Source: Octopus sinensis
Lineage: Eukaryota
DNA length: 64,000 nucleotides
Direction of reading: 5' to 3'
NCBI RefSeq assembly: GCF_006345805.1
Contig: NC_042998.1
Location: forward strand, 194,184,001 to 194,248,000
Positions 1 to 12,426 of this stretch are shown piece after piece. A program made the position numbers and the translations under genes. Positions within the stretch are counted from its first letter, which is position 1. The number at the start of each line of letters is the position of its first letter. The notes under the pieces were generated by a model. The model saw nothing but the letters and a program-made list of their open reading frames with translations, ran no database searches and had not been told where the DNA came from.

Positions 1-842
1 CAAGGCTACAGATAGAGACTTGGTTTTCACGTGTTGTTTATTGAATGGTGAAAGATAAAGATTTAATTTCGATCTGCTTTTTAATGATGGGCTAAAAATC
101 ATGGCTACAGATAGAGACTTGGTTTTCACGTGTTGTTTATTGAAAGGTTAAAGATAAAGATTTAATTTCGATCTTTTTTTTAATGAAGGGCTAAAAATTA
201 TGGCTACAGATAGAGACTTGGTTTTCACGTGTTGTTTATTGAAAGGTTAAAGATAAAGATTTAATTTCGATCTGCTTTTTAATGATGGGCTAAAAATCAT
301 GGCTACAGATAGAGACTTGGTTTTCACGTGTTGTTTATTGAATGGTTAAAGTTAAAGATTTAATTTCGATCTGCTTTTTAATGATGGGCTAAAAATCATG
401 GCTACAGATAGAGACTTGGTTTTCACGTGTTGTTTATTGAAAGGTTAAAGATAAAGATTTAATTTCGATCTGCTTTTTAATGATGGGCTAAAAATCATGG
501 CTACAGATAGAGACTTGGTTTTCACGTGTTGTTTATTGAATGGTTAAAGTTAAAGATTTAATTTCGATCTGCTTTTTATGATGGGCTAAAAATCATGGCT
601 ACAGATAGAGACTTGGTTTTCACGTGTCGTTTATTGAATGGTTAAAGATAAGATTTAATTTCGATCTGCTTTTTAATGATGGGCTAAAATCATAGCTACA
701 GATAGAGACTTGGTTTTCACGTGTTGTTTATTGAAAGGTTAAAGATAAAGATTTAATTTCGATCTGCTTTTTAATGATGGGCTAAAAATCATGGCTACAG
801 ATAGAGACTTGGTTTTCACGTGTTGTTTATTGAATGGTTAAA
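1..842. repeat. Tandem minisatellite, ~99-bp unit, about 8.5 copies (probably continues left of the window)
   Basis: GGCTACAGATAGAGACTTGG recurs at 4, 103, 202, 301, 400, 499, 597, ~694 and 793. Units are near-identical and each contains CACGTG. Confidence 0.97.
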
Positions 843-1253
843 AAGTTAGAGGGTTGAGTTTCATAAGAATTAACTTTGATACGTTGTTTACTGAAGGAAT
901 AAAGATGAGAGCCTAGATTTAATACAAAGAGACTTTTCCTTGTTCTATTCTTTACCGAAGGCATGAAAAGGAAAAAAAAATAAAATAAAAATAAAAAATT
1001 AGAGTGGGAGTGAGTGTAATAGCTTTGATAACAAAGAATGATAGGAAACTGGGGGTGAACATCGATTTTGAGTAAACTATAAAGTTATATGCTGTGTCAG
1101 CGACATTAGCTGACACATGGGACATAAAAGAGGAGAGATGACAACATAATGGCATTCAGATAGAAACGTGTGTCGCTCCTACAACATAACTTTTACAAGA
1201 AATCAATTGATAACTCTCTTAGGAATAAACACATTTAAACAGAGCAGCTACCG

Positions 1254-1284
<31 letters not shown>

Positions 1285-1469
1285 ATACCACATTTTCTTT
1301 CTTTTTCTTTTTTCTGTGGGAGGTTTTGTCTTTCTTTCCGTCTGTTTGTCTATTAAACTCTCTCTCTCTCCTTCCCTTCTTCCCTTCCTATCTCCTCCTT
1401 TCTCTCTCTTAGTCTCTTTGTCCCTTTTCTCTGTTTACAAATGTCAATGCCCGTGTCCATTTGTGTTGC

Positions 1470-1493
1470 ATGTTTGTATGTTTGCGTGTGTGT

Positions 1494-1529
<36 letters not shown>

Positions 1530-1970
1530 TGCCTCTGTGTGTGTGTGTAGTGTGTGGTATGTGTGGTGTGTATGTGTGTGTGTGTGCGTGTTTGTGTGTG
1601 TTTGTAGGTTTGCTTGTGTGTGTGTGCTTGTGTGTGTGCGTGTGTGCGTGCGTGTGTGTGCGTACGTGTGTGTGTGCTGTGTGGTGTGTTTGTGTGTAGT
1701 GTGTGGTATGTGTGGTGTGTGTGTGTTTGCGTGTTTATGTGTGTTTGTAGGCTTGCGTGTGTGTGTGTGTGTGGTGTGGTGTGCGTGTGTGGTGTGTGCG
1801 TGTTTGTGTATTTGTAGGTTTGCTTGCAGGTGTGTGTACGCTTGTGTGTGTGTGTGTGTGTGTGTACGCTTGTGTGTGTGTGTGTGTGTGTACGCTTGTG
1901 TGTGTGTGTGTGTGTGTGTGTGTACGCTTGTGTGTGTGTGTGTGGTGTGTACGCTTGTGTGTGTGTGTGT

Positions 1971-2004
<34 letters not shown>

Positions 2005-2345
2005 CTTGTGTGTGTGTGTGTGTGTACGCTTGTGGTGTGTGTGTGTGTGGTGTACGCTTGTGTGTGTGTGTGTGTGTACGCTTGTGTGTGTGTGTGTGTG
2101 TGTGTACGCTTGTGTGTGTGTGTGTGTACGCTTGTGTGTATGTGTGTGTGTACGCTTGTGTGTGTGTGTGTGTGGTGTGCGTGTGTGGTGTGTGCGTGTT
2201 TGTGTATTTGTAGGTTTGCTTGCAGGTGTGTGTACGCTTGTGTGTGTGTGTGTGTGTGTGTGTGTACGCTTGGTGTGTGTGTGTGTGTTGTGTGTGTGTG
2301 TGTACGCTTGTGTGTGTGCGTGCGTGTGTATTCGTGCGTCTTGTA
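1470..2345. repeat. Compound (TG)n microsatellite with recurring GTACGCTT(GT)n sub-units
   Basis: Direct reading; it produces the spurious C/V- and T/H-rich ORFs in the track. Confidence 0.97.
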
Positions 2346-2604
2346 GCAAATATAAAATGTCTAAGTAATCGTTCTTACACGGGAATTATCGATGTCCATC
2401 CGTGCGATTCCCTGTTGTCAACCGAGACAACCTTTCCTTGCACCTGCTCCTTATTAGACATTTTGCCGCTGATCATTAGGACGTAAGCAAACATGCAAAT
2501 ACCTCACTGAGAATTTAAACATGGAAATGCTTTAAACTTCTTATATATATATATCAATATATCTCTTCAAGTGTGCCTCTATAATCGAAATAGACTTAAG
2601 AGTT

Positions 2605-2696
2605 TGTGTGTGTGGGGGGTGCGTGTGAGTGTGTGTGAGTGTGTGAGTGAGTGTGTGTGAGTTTGTGTGAGTGTGCGTGTGTGTGAGTGTGTGTGA

Positions 2697-2728
<32 letters not shown>

Positions 2729-2870
2729 GTTTGTGTTGTGTGTATGTATGCGTTTGTGTGTGTGAGTGTGTGAGTTTGTGTGAGTTTGTGTGTGAGTGTG
2801 TGTGAGTGTGTGTGTGTGTATGTATGTGTTTGTGTGTGTATGTGTATGTATGTATGTGTGTGTGTATGTA

Positions 2871-2904
<34 letters not shown>

Positions 2905-2930
2905 GTGTGCGTGTGTATGCACCAGTGTGC
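2605..2930. repeat. (TG)n/(TGAG)/(TATG) microsatellite
   Basis: Direct reading. Confidence 0.95.
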
Positions 2931-3169
2931 ACTTGTTTGCTTATAAGTTTATATGTCTTGCCTGCTGTTTAGAGTAGAGATTCTCGACGTAGGACGTATG
3001 GACCCGGTGGGGGAGGGGCTACCACATTCTAAGGACAGCAGAGCCTGGAAAATTAGAGAAAGGAGGGGTACCCGTACGAACATATGTGGCAACTGAGCAG
3101 TCTGACTAAGCAGTTAACTGAGCGGTCTAATGCCCTGTGTCCCATCATTGTAATCTTATTAATCTATTC

Positions 3170-3769
3170 TTATTCCTTTATTGCCCTCAAGGAGCTAAAC
3201 ACAGAGGGGACACACAAGGACAGACAAACGGATTAAGTCGGTTATATCGACCCCAGTGCGTAACTGGTACTTAATCTATCGACCCCGAAAGGATGAAAGG
3301 CAAAGTCGACCTCGGCGGAATTTGAACTCAGAACGTAACGGCAGACGAAATACCTATTTCTTTATTACCCACAAGAGGCTAAACATAGAGGGGACACACA
3401 AGGAAAGACAACGGGATTAAGTCGATTACATCGACCCCAGTGCGTAACTGGTACTTAATTTATCGACCTCGAAAGGATGAAAGGCAAAGTCGACCTCGGC
3501 GGAATTTGAACTCAGAACGTAACGGCAGACGAAATACCTATTTCTTTATTACCCACAAGGGGCTAATCATAGAGGGGACACACAAGGACAGACAACGGGA
3601 TTAAGTCGATTACATCGAGCCCAGTGCGTAACTGGTACTTAATTTATCGACCCCGAAAGGATGAAAGGCAAAGTCGACCTCGACGGAATTTGAACTCAGA
3701 ACGTAACGGCAGACGAAATACCGCTAAACATTTCGTCCGGCGTGCTAACGTTTCTGCCAGCTCGCTGCC
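3170..3769 (-). mobile_element. tRNA-derived SINE family A with three tandem ~180-bp body modules
   Basis: Reverse complement of the head GGCGGCGAGCTGGCAGA lies at 3750-3769. The module GCCGAGGTCGACTTTGCC...CCCCTTGTGGG occurs three times, and the same family recurs many times in the window. Confidence 0.9.
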
Positions 3770-4738
3770 TTCATTGTTAATCTATTCTTGATAGAATGTA
3801 TGTGTACAAAGAAGCTCTTGAAAGAACTTGTCATAGAGAGTCAGGAAACCTTTTTTTTTTTCTTTCCTTAAGCAACTCAATATGTATTAGCACAACATAA
3901 GACGCCTGAACTTTACATAATTTCCAAACCTGAAACAATCGCTGAGATATTGGAAGATGGTGACTTATCATGTGGTACACAAAGATATGAAAGAATAATT
4001 TGATGATCTGTTAAGCCTACATATCCCCGATTAGATTAGAAATCATTTGAAATTAAACTTATCCAATTCGAAGCAGAGATTCAAATAGCATTTGGTCGAT
4101 CCTTGCACGTCGTCAGTTCACTCTGTTTCATAAATTTTTCTGGATCAAAAGTAATCTGCCAAATAAATTGCCAACGCTGTGGGAGAAAACTCCAAATATA
4201 TTTCCGTTTATTTTTCTCCGGTGCAGATTTAAATAAGGTAGTTGCGTCAACAAAATCGAGGTGCAAATTTGACATTACAACAAAAAGTGACATTGCAACA
4301 AAAACTAACATTGCAACAGAACATGTTCGGTAAAATCATCTACTGACTTAAACGAAATATTGTACCGGCTCTCCTCCTATTTACTGAATATACTGGATGT
4401 TAAGGGTTTTCCTTCTGTTGTGGTTACTGTTGGATTTTTTCTCTCTAGTTTCAGCTCAGAGCTGTGGCCATGCTGATGCTCCGCCGTTTTGTGCTACACT
4501 GTTATTACTAAGAGCCTCCTCTAATATGTGGCACTTGGTGAAGAATGGAGTTTGATAAAGCTACCCTCATTTGCACCTCTTGTCGTGAGGTAGGTTCATC
4601 TGGGACTCTCGACAGGAAGGGGTCCAGCTTTGATTTAAAAACTCCTACATCTACTTAGTGCGAGTTCCTCAGACCCTTTGGGAAAATATTAAAAAGCTAT
4701 GAGCCCTTGAAACCCAGGCAAACAAAGTGCTGCAATAA

Positions 4739-5120
4739 TCTCTCTATATATAAACGGCAGTTTGTCTGTGTGTGTGTCTGTGTGTCTGATAGGTTGTACC
4801 CTCACCCTGACCACGGCTTTCAACCGATTCTGATGAAACTTGACACACACATAGCCCAATGTCATAATTCAAAACTAACGCAGCGAAAATTTTGAAAAGT
4901 TCCCCCAGTTCTGAAAAAAATCGATAAATTCGACATGGGGTCGAGAATCAGAAACACAAACCACAGACTGTCATGGGGACGCAACTCGACCTTTTTACTC
5001 TAAAAAAAAATTTACCATAATTTTTTTCCATTTTTTTCCTATTTTTTGGCTATAACTCTCTAAAAATGCTTTATAGTTATTTCCCTTACAAATCCGAGCA
5101 ACGCTGGGCGATACTGCTAG
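4739..5120 (+). mobile_element. Non-autonomous Helitron-like element
   Basis: A|TC 5' end, subterminal hairpin CCGAGCAACGCTGGG, 3' end CTAG|T. The 3' half is shared with 5645-6041. Confidence 0.7.
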
Positions 5121-5644
5121 TTATTGATATAATTGTGTAGCTATAATCGGTGTAAAATAACTTAAACATACAGAACAGTAGTGTCGTGTTCTCTCATTCT
5201 TATATGAATACATGTTTCAAGTGGCTTTTAAAGAAAATGTTTTACGTTTATGGAACAAGATTATATATGACTGTGGGTATCATATCAGAACCAAACACTA
5301 AATTTACTACGCATGTCAAATATTAGAAATTTTTACAAAAAGGACTTCTTAAAGTTTCTATCATGTATATGTAAAATATATTCTTTGTACTACTATAAAC
5401 ACTTGAAAACTTTTTCTTTCTGACTGAGGGCTTCGTTTGAAAGGTCATTACTCTCACAATATAGTAATTTTACTATTTAAAATATGCTTCCATCTGTCGT
5501 GTCACACAGTTCCAAGTTGAAAAACGGAGTCCTTTAGCATCAGTTACCAGACAAAGGTTTCTAAAATCTTCCGCTTTTATTTTCCACACAATATTAAACA
5601 TTTATAAATGTTATTTTCACGAGAAATTGACCATAGTGATGATA

Positions 5645-6041
5645 TCTTTATATATAAAAGTAAAGTTGTGTGTCTGTCTACTCCGATTTAGATTCCTAAC
5701 TACTCCCACATTTTGCGGTGCAGTCTAACCAAAACCGGGTATCTTATAGTCGTGATTCATATCGAGCCCTTCTGGGTATTAGCGCGCGTCTACGATGAGC
5801 CTACGATTTAAAAAAAAAATTACCATCATTTTTTCCTATTTTAATGCATTTTTTCGCTATTATATAAAGGAAGTAACTCTCTAAAAATGTCTACGATGAG
5901 TCAACGATTTAAAAAAAAATTTACCATCATTTGTTTTCCCTTTTTAATGCATTTTTTGCTATTTTTTTGCTATAACTCTCTAAAAATGCTTATATAGTTA
6001 TTTCCCTTACAAACCCGAGCAACGCCGGGCGATACTGCTAG
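5645..6041 (+). mobile_element. Non-autonomous Helitron-like element
   Basis: A|TC start, hairpin CCCGAGCAACGCCGGG, CTAG|T end at 6041. Confidence 0.72.
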
Positions 6042-6067
6042 TATTTTATATATTATAAAACTATATC

Positions 6068-6490
6068 GGGGCGGCGATCGAGCTGGCAGAAGCGTTAGCA
6101 CGCCGGGCGAAATGCGTAGCCGTATTTCGTCTGCCGTTACGTTCTGAGTTCAAATTCCGCCGAGGTCGACTTTGCCTTTCATCCTTTCGGGGTCGATAAA
6201 TTAAGTACCAGTTACGCACTGGGCTCGATGTAATCGACTTAATCCATCCCTTTGTCTGTCCTTGTTCGTCCCCTCTATGTTTAGCCCCTTGTGGGTAGTA
6301 AAGAAATAGGTATTTCGTCTGCCGTTACGTTCTGAGTTCAAATTCCGCCGAGGTCGACTTTGCCTTTCATCCTTTCGTGGTCGATAAATTAAGTACCAGT
6401 TACGCACTGGGGGTCGATGTAATCGACTTAATCCGTTTGTCTGTCCTTGTTCGTCCCCCTCTATGTTTAGCCCCTTGTGGGTAATAAAAA
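6068..6490 (+). mobile_element. SINE family A with two body modules
   Basis: Head GGCGGCG..AGCTGGCAGA, B-box-like GAGTTCAAATTCC, module junction AAAGAAATAGGTATTTCGTC at ~6300. Confidence 0.9.
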
Positions 6491-6538
6491 ACAGATAATA
6501 TCTTTATTTGGTGTCACTCTATTTTCAATCTGTTTCAG

Positions 6539-6895
6539 GGGTTTGCACTCAAGCCACTCTACCAAGTGTCAGCTCAATAAACCGCATCTTACGAAACAAA
6601 GCAGCCGAACGGGCAGCGGGTGAATATGCTCGTCTAGCCAGCCATGCCCTTTACTCTGTCTACTCTCCGTTTTGGAATGTGGCTAGTTACCCAAATTCTC
6701 TTACACCCAGCGCACCTGTAATCAACTCTTTCCAGTATCAACCTTCATCGTCTCATGCAGCAGCAGCAGCAGCAGCAGCCGTTGGTGTCTCAATACACTC
6801 TACGGGACCTCCATTGTATGCATCATCAGGAACTTATGATTCAAATAGCGAAATAATTATCTCATCGCCTGATCATGGTCTGACGTTAACTTCTG
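6539..6895 (+). CDS. eyg: Pax eyegone-type gene, internal exon (C-terminal end of paired domain plus linker with poly-Ala)
   Basis: TTTCAG| acceptor (AG 6537-6538). Encodes GVCTQATLPSVSSINRILRNKAAERAAGEYAR, matching the paired-domain end and the eyegone-type RILRNxAAERAA continuation. G|GTGAGT donor at 6896 is phase 1, matching the next exon. Confidence 0.88.
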
Positions 6896-6992
6896 GTGAG
6901 TGACCAATCAAAGAATTTGTCTTCTTTCGTTCTTTCATCATGCCATTGAATTCTTGGTTCCTTACATAAACCCATTTCAACCATAATCCATC

Positions 6993-7240
<248 letters not shown>

Positions 7241-7342
7241 ATAAATTGTTTATAAATTTAACCTTTAAAGGTATTTTTTAATATGCTGGCCATTCATAGA
7301 ATTTTTTTCGAAAAATTCTATCCTATATTAGATGTATATATA

Positions 7343-7386
<44 letters not shown>

Positions 7387-7641
7387 GTATATACACACAC
7401 ACACAACACACACACACACACAACTGGAATTCTTTTTATCGTTTACTTGTTATAGCCATTGAACAGCGGCCATGCTGGGCACCAACTTGTAGGGTTTAGT
7501 GGAACAAATCAGCCCCCAGTACTAATTTTTTAAACCTGGTACTTATTATATCGGTCTGTTTTGCCGAACGTAAAAAGAATAACATCGGCTGGCAAGCTGT
7601 GACGCGAGACAAACATAGCACGATCTCAAAGAAAAACAAAC

Positions 7642-7707
<66 letters not shown>

Positions 7708-7901
7708 ATAATAGAAATATTAAAATTACTAAGTCTCTCTAAAGGAGATTACGGCAGCGTTACTGGATATTAATAGTTATCGCCATACAATGGACGCAGG
7801 TTCGTGTGTCATATAGCTAGCTTGAGGCGATGGCCTCTTGGAGCTAATCAGCGACAGCTTTAGTCTTATATTTATAGACTGCCATATTAGTATGGCGATA
7901 A

Positions 7902-7955
<54 letters not shown>

Positions 7956-8268
7956 TATTTACATGTGTATGTGTGTACGCAACGGGCTTCTTTCAGTTTC
8001 CGTCCTGCAAATCTATTCACAAGGCTTTGGTCAAGGATTAATAGAAGACACTTACCCAAGGTGACTCGCAGAGGAAGAGAACCAAGACCACATGTTTAAA
8101 CCACACAGTCACACATGCGTCTATAATGGCTTGAAAATTTAAAATGCTAGTTCTCGGAATGTATATCTTTTTTTTTATTCTACATACCATTTATTTATAA
8201 TTTTTTTATTGTTAGAAAAAAATCATTAGTTATGAAATTAATTATTGTTATAAATTGTCATATTCAAG

Positions 8269-8453
8269 ACAGGGACGAATTGTCGCCCTCACCATCCGAT
8301 GATTCCATGTCAAGATTACGAAGAAACAGAACCACTTTTTCGGCTGATCAACTTGAAATTCTAGAAAAAGAGTTCCAGAGAACCCATTATCCCAGTGTAA
8401 ATACACGTGAAGAATTAGCCTTGAAGACGGATTTGTCCGAAGCCAGAGTTCAG
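8269..8453 (+). CDS. eyg: Pax eyegone-type gene, homeodomain exon (helices 1-2 and start of helix 3)
   Basis: TTCAAG| acceptor; G+AC=Asp restores the frame. Encodes [49 protein letters not shown]|GTAAAT phase-0 donor at the conserved paired-class Q|V position. Confidence 0.93.
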
Positions 8454-9776
8454 GTAAATAGATATTGGCCTTTATTTTCGTAAATTTTGTTTTAATGTTG
8501 TTGATTTTATTATTGTTGTTTAGCCTGAGACCAGCTCTGATCCAACAGACCTATTATCGAAGGCGTTGTAACCATGGTCTCTCCGTGTTCCCTATCTTTT
8601 GTTCATTGCCAATAATGTCCTAACTGTTCATTTCTCTCTTTCTCTGACTCGAGTCCCACACGAGCCATATTTTGTGTCAGCCAATAATTATATGCTCTTT
8701 TAAATGGAACAAATTAAGGAGCCATTGTCCCTTAAATATGTTTGAATCACTTAATCTATTGTATGTTGTCAAATAAACTATTTAAACAGAAATCTTTGGC
8801 AAAACTTAATACTTGTATTTTGAATACGCTTGTTTCTTTGCGCCTGGGTCTATAATACGGTGCTGGATGACTGACAGCAAAATTAGAATCGCTACAATAT
8901 AAAATTTCTACACAAACCAGTTTAGCAACCTTTAGCAGCAAGAAGGTAATTGAACAAAAACATAAAATATCCAGCAAATTATATTAGGTTATGTATATTG
9001 AGTTGAGAACAATAGCAAAATTGTAACGTGCCAACGAACAACTTATAAAGAATTTATAACCTTTCATTTCTACAGTATTTACCTTTGCTCGGTTTCGGTG
9101 TGTTCAAACACAGCAAAACTAAACTTCAATTATTTTACAAAATATATTGTCAAACATTAGATTCGTCGTAAACTCACCTATTGATTCCCTAAAGTCCTAT
9201 GTTTAAAAATTAATCATAAGAACCCGTACAAAACGTAACGTATCTTTAATATCTCTAATGGAGTATATTTTGTGTTTAAAATGAATCCAGTTGTATATTC
9301 ATCTCGTTACATGTTATAAAAGCTATTGTAGAGAAATGTATATGTAGTTTAAGCTGAAAGAAGAGGCTAAAGATTTCATTGATGCCTTATGTTTTACTCG
9401 ATGTTTATATTAGATGTGTACTTGAGAAATAAGTAAATGGATTGACATGTCTTAACCCTCCAAAAGAATGTGGTATATCAGAAACTAGTTTGGGTAATTG
9501 CTTGAAAAGGCTTTGAAAGTAAGAACTTGCTTTTTCTTAGCACAATGTTCCAGTTTGTCAGCAGAAAGAGAATAAGGTCGAATTCGTGGACGCGATCTCT
9601 TATTGGTACTTACATTGCCCACTTTAGAAGGATGAAAAGCAATCTTGATAACTTTGAAATTTGGAATAAAAACTATGAATTATGGAACGCTGAGCCAGTT
9701 ATGTTCTGCCCGGCTATCTCCGCCGTTTTAAATAAAAATAAATATTGCTTCTATGTTAGCTGCAAAATCAGAATAA

Positions 9777-9844
9777 TATGACTATTTTGAGAACAATATA
9801 TTATTCTGATTTTGCAGAATAATATTGTTCTCAAAATAGTCATA
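9777..9844. repeat. Short inverted repeat/hairpin (~30-bp arms, 6-nt loop) in eyg intron
   Basis: TATGACTATTTTGAGAACAATATATTATTCTG-ATTTTG-CAGAATAATATTGTTCTCAAAATAGTCATA; arms are perfect except for a 2-nt bulge. Confidence 0.9.
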
Positions 9845-10644
9845 AGGCGTGATATTAAGGGAAGGGGTTAGTTGAATGTATCGCCCCAGTACTTGATTGG
9901 TACTTTATTTATCGACTCTGGAGAAGTGACAAGCTAAGTTGACCTCAGCTAGATTTGAAGTCAGAAGGTAGCGATCCAGAAGAAAAGCAACAAGGCATTT
10001 TGTCCGACGATCTAACAATTCTACCAGCTCACCGCCTTTAATAATAGTTCCTAATATAGGCAAAAAGCCTGAAATTTGTGGGAGGAGGTTTGTCGATAGC
10101 ATCAACTCCAGTATTTGATTGTAACTTTATCTTATTGACACCGAAATGATGAAAAGTCGAAGTTGACTTCGGCGAAATTTGAACTCAGAGCGTAAAGAGA
10201 TGGAAGAAATACCGCAAGGCATTTTGTCCGACGCTTTAACGATTCTTCTAACCCATCGAACAATATTGTTTCAAATTTTAGGCGCAAGACGAGCAATTTT
10301 GATGGAATGGGTGAATCGATTAAATTGATTTCAGTACTTTATTTTGTCGGAAGGATGAAAAGCAAAGTCCACTCCGTAGGATATGAACTCGGAATGTAAC
10401 CGAATTCTCTAATCTGTTACTTGTTTCAACCATTGGACAGTGGCTATGCTGAGACACCACCTCGAAGGATTTAGTCGAACAAATTGACCCCAGTACTGAT
10501 TTTTTTAAAGTCTGTTCATATCGATCTCTTTTACTGAATGGCTAAGTTAAGGGGACGCAAATAAACCACCACCAGTTGTTAAGCAGTTGTGGGGACAACC
10601 ACAAACACAAAGATACACACACACATACACATGCATAAAAAGCA

Positions 10645-11015
10645 TGTACCCTCATAGGGGTCAGCTGTCCTGCTGATGTGGATATCACTTTGAAAATCAA
10701 AGAGAAAGAGGACAACCTATGGACAACTGATTCGAAACCCCAAGCTTCTATACCCAGGTTAAAAATTATATTTATACCAATAATGGTTTGTGCACTTGGT
10801 TCTGTAAGTAAATGCCTAACTGACAGTCTGGATAAGCTTAGATTTCCAAAAAGAAAAGAAATCAAATAACTTGCATATTACAAATGTAAGCGGAACAGTA
10901 AAAATATGCAAGACCTTTCTCAAGTTTAAAATATGACATTGTTTTCATTATTTACAATCGAAAAATGGAGCTTTGTATCTTTGTCAGAAGCCAGCTCCTT
11001 TTTCAGAGGTAAAAA
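10645..11015 (+). mobile_element. 3' fragment of restriction-like-endonuclease (R4/Dong-type) non-LTR retrotransposon
   Basis: Degenerate VSCPADVDITLKIKEKEDN...IPIMVCALG...GTVKICKTFLKF; same family as 35150-35620 and 39258-40030. Confidence 0.65.
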
Positions 11016-11037
11016 TTCAAATAATTAAAAACAGAAA

Positions 11038-11410
11038 AGGAGTGGCTTTGTGGTAAGTAGCTTGCTTACCAGCTATATGGTTCCAGGTTCAGTTCCACTG
11101 CATGGCATCTTGGGCAAGTGTCTTGTACTATAGCCTCGGGCCTTGTGAGTGGATTTGGTAGACGGAAACTGAAAGAAGCCCGTCGTATATATGTGTGTGT
11201 GTGTGTTTGTGTGTCTGTGCCCCCCCCCCAAATCGCTTGACAACCAATGCTGGTGTATTTACGTCCCCGTAACTTAGCGGTTCGGCAAAAGAGTCCGATA
11301 GAATAGGTACTAAGCTTACAAAGAAAAATCCTGGGGTCGATTTGCTCGACTAAAAGCATGGCCACAGTCAAATGACTGAAACATGTAAAAGAGTAAACGA
11401 GAGAGTAAAG
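11038..11410 (+). mobile_element. tRNA-derived SINE family C (CORE-like CTTGGGCAAGTG; tail with CAGTC-AAAT-GACTG stem-loop)
   Basis: Head GGAGTGGC..TGGTAAGTAGCTTGCTT, B-box-like GGTTCAGTTCC. Further copies at 7975-8100(-), 13690-13855(-), 17900-18260(-), 21120-21250(+) and 49504-49870(+). Confidence 0.85.
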
Positions 11411-11468
11411 AGAAGAGAACATACATAGAAATTTCTATTTAATAATTTTTTTTCTTTGTTTCATTTAG

Positions 11469-11846
11469 GTTTGGTTCTCGAATCGCCGGGCAAAATGGCG
11501 GCGTCATCAACGAATTCGACTTTTTCAATATCCGACATCCCTACTGGTCCCATGGTCACCGTCAGCATCAAGTCCAATGCAGATACTTCCGTCAGACAAG
11601 ACAAGCAACGAAATGCCAACACATCACTTACCTCTTCCACCTCCAGCACATCAGCCACATTTGTCGTTAACGCATCAGTGCTCATTAAACAAAAGACCGA
11701 TATACATCGATGATTATCCGATGTCTGAACCCTCTCCAAACAGAGAGAGATTGAACAGTTTCAAAGATGAATCACATTCCCGCCAACACATTACGTTCGG
11801 TAGTAAACATTCAGCATTTCGACCAATAGAGAGACATTGTTCGTAG
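11469..11846 (+). CDS. eyg: Pax eyegone-type gene, last coding exon (homeodomain helix 3 plus C-terminus)
   Basis: Long pyrimidine tract then TTTAG| acceptor. Encodes VWFSNRRAKWRRHQR (Ser at homeodomain position 50) and is open to TAG at 11844-11846; in frame with track ORF 11577..11846. Confidence 0.93.
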   Translation, partial: VWFSNRRAKWRRHQRIRLFQYPTSLLVPWSPSASSPMQILPSDKTSNEMPTHHLPLPPPAHQPHLSLTHQCSLNKRPIYIDDYPMSEPSPNRERLNSFKDESHSRQHITFGSKHSAFRPIERHCS

Positions 11847-12386
11847 ATGGTCACTTGGGGGTTGAACGGAGTACGCAGATGCAAAGGACATTCATTACAA
11901 ATAGCTTTACACAAATAAGCACGTACATACATATTGTACATTGTATGGATGTGTTTGTGCATATATGTATATATATATATTAATTCCCAACACGCCAGAT
12001 GAATTCAATTCGTTCCCAGTCGAAAGACGCCTGTTGTTATGTCCTGTTGTTATTATTATTATTGTTTTTTGTATTATTTCTGTATTTATATTCGTGTAAC
12101 ATCGTCTGTTTTTCTGTCCTTGTTTCGTATACATTCGATGTTTTTTTTTCCAAGGAATCTAATGCTCTTAGCTTAGTTTTTCCTTGGGGCTGGTCAGATT
12201 GGAGCAATCTCAAGATTAATCAGCCGAAATAGCGAGGATGATCCGGTTCTTGACTGAAGATAAAAGGCTTCGAATGACCCGTCCGTGTTTTTTTTTGTAA
12301 CGTCTATCTGGATGTTTTGTTGTCCCTTTTTGTATCACCTAGCTGTCCGGATGTTTTGCGTTCTTGTCCCATTTTGTATTTTATTT

Positions 12387-12426
<40 letters not shown>

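Noticed and set aside
1441-2977. Long Cys/Val- and Thr/His-rich ORFs (up to 301 aa)
   Set aside because: They are translations of (TG)n/(CA)n microsatellites. The same applies to the Y/I- and M/Y/V-rich ORFs at ~7000, 17200-19100 and 20100-20480.
3043-3067. AWKIRERRG followed by GT, resembling the paired-domain AWEIRDRL exon missing upstream of 6539
   Set aside because: It is three residues short before GVC, the upstream residues show no paired-domain similarity, and the donor (GTACCC) is weak. Probably chance, though RNA-seq junction reads would settle it.
6201-6407. Recurrent ORF MRNWYLIYRPRKDERQSRPRR (also 13461, 29561, 52563)
   Set aside because: It is the antisense reading of SINE family A, not a gene family.
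12180-12290. Possible hammerhead (GGCTG...CAGCC-GAAA; CTGAAGA nearby)
   Set aside because: No CUGANGA immediately precedes the stem, and the CTGAAGA lies downstream without a matching GAAA or stem.
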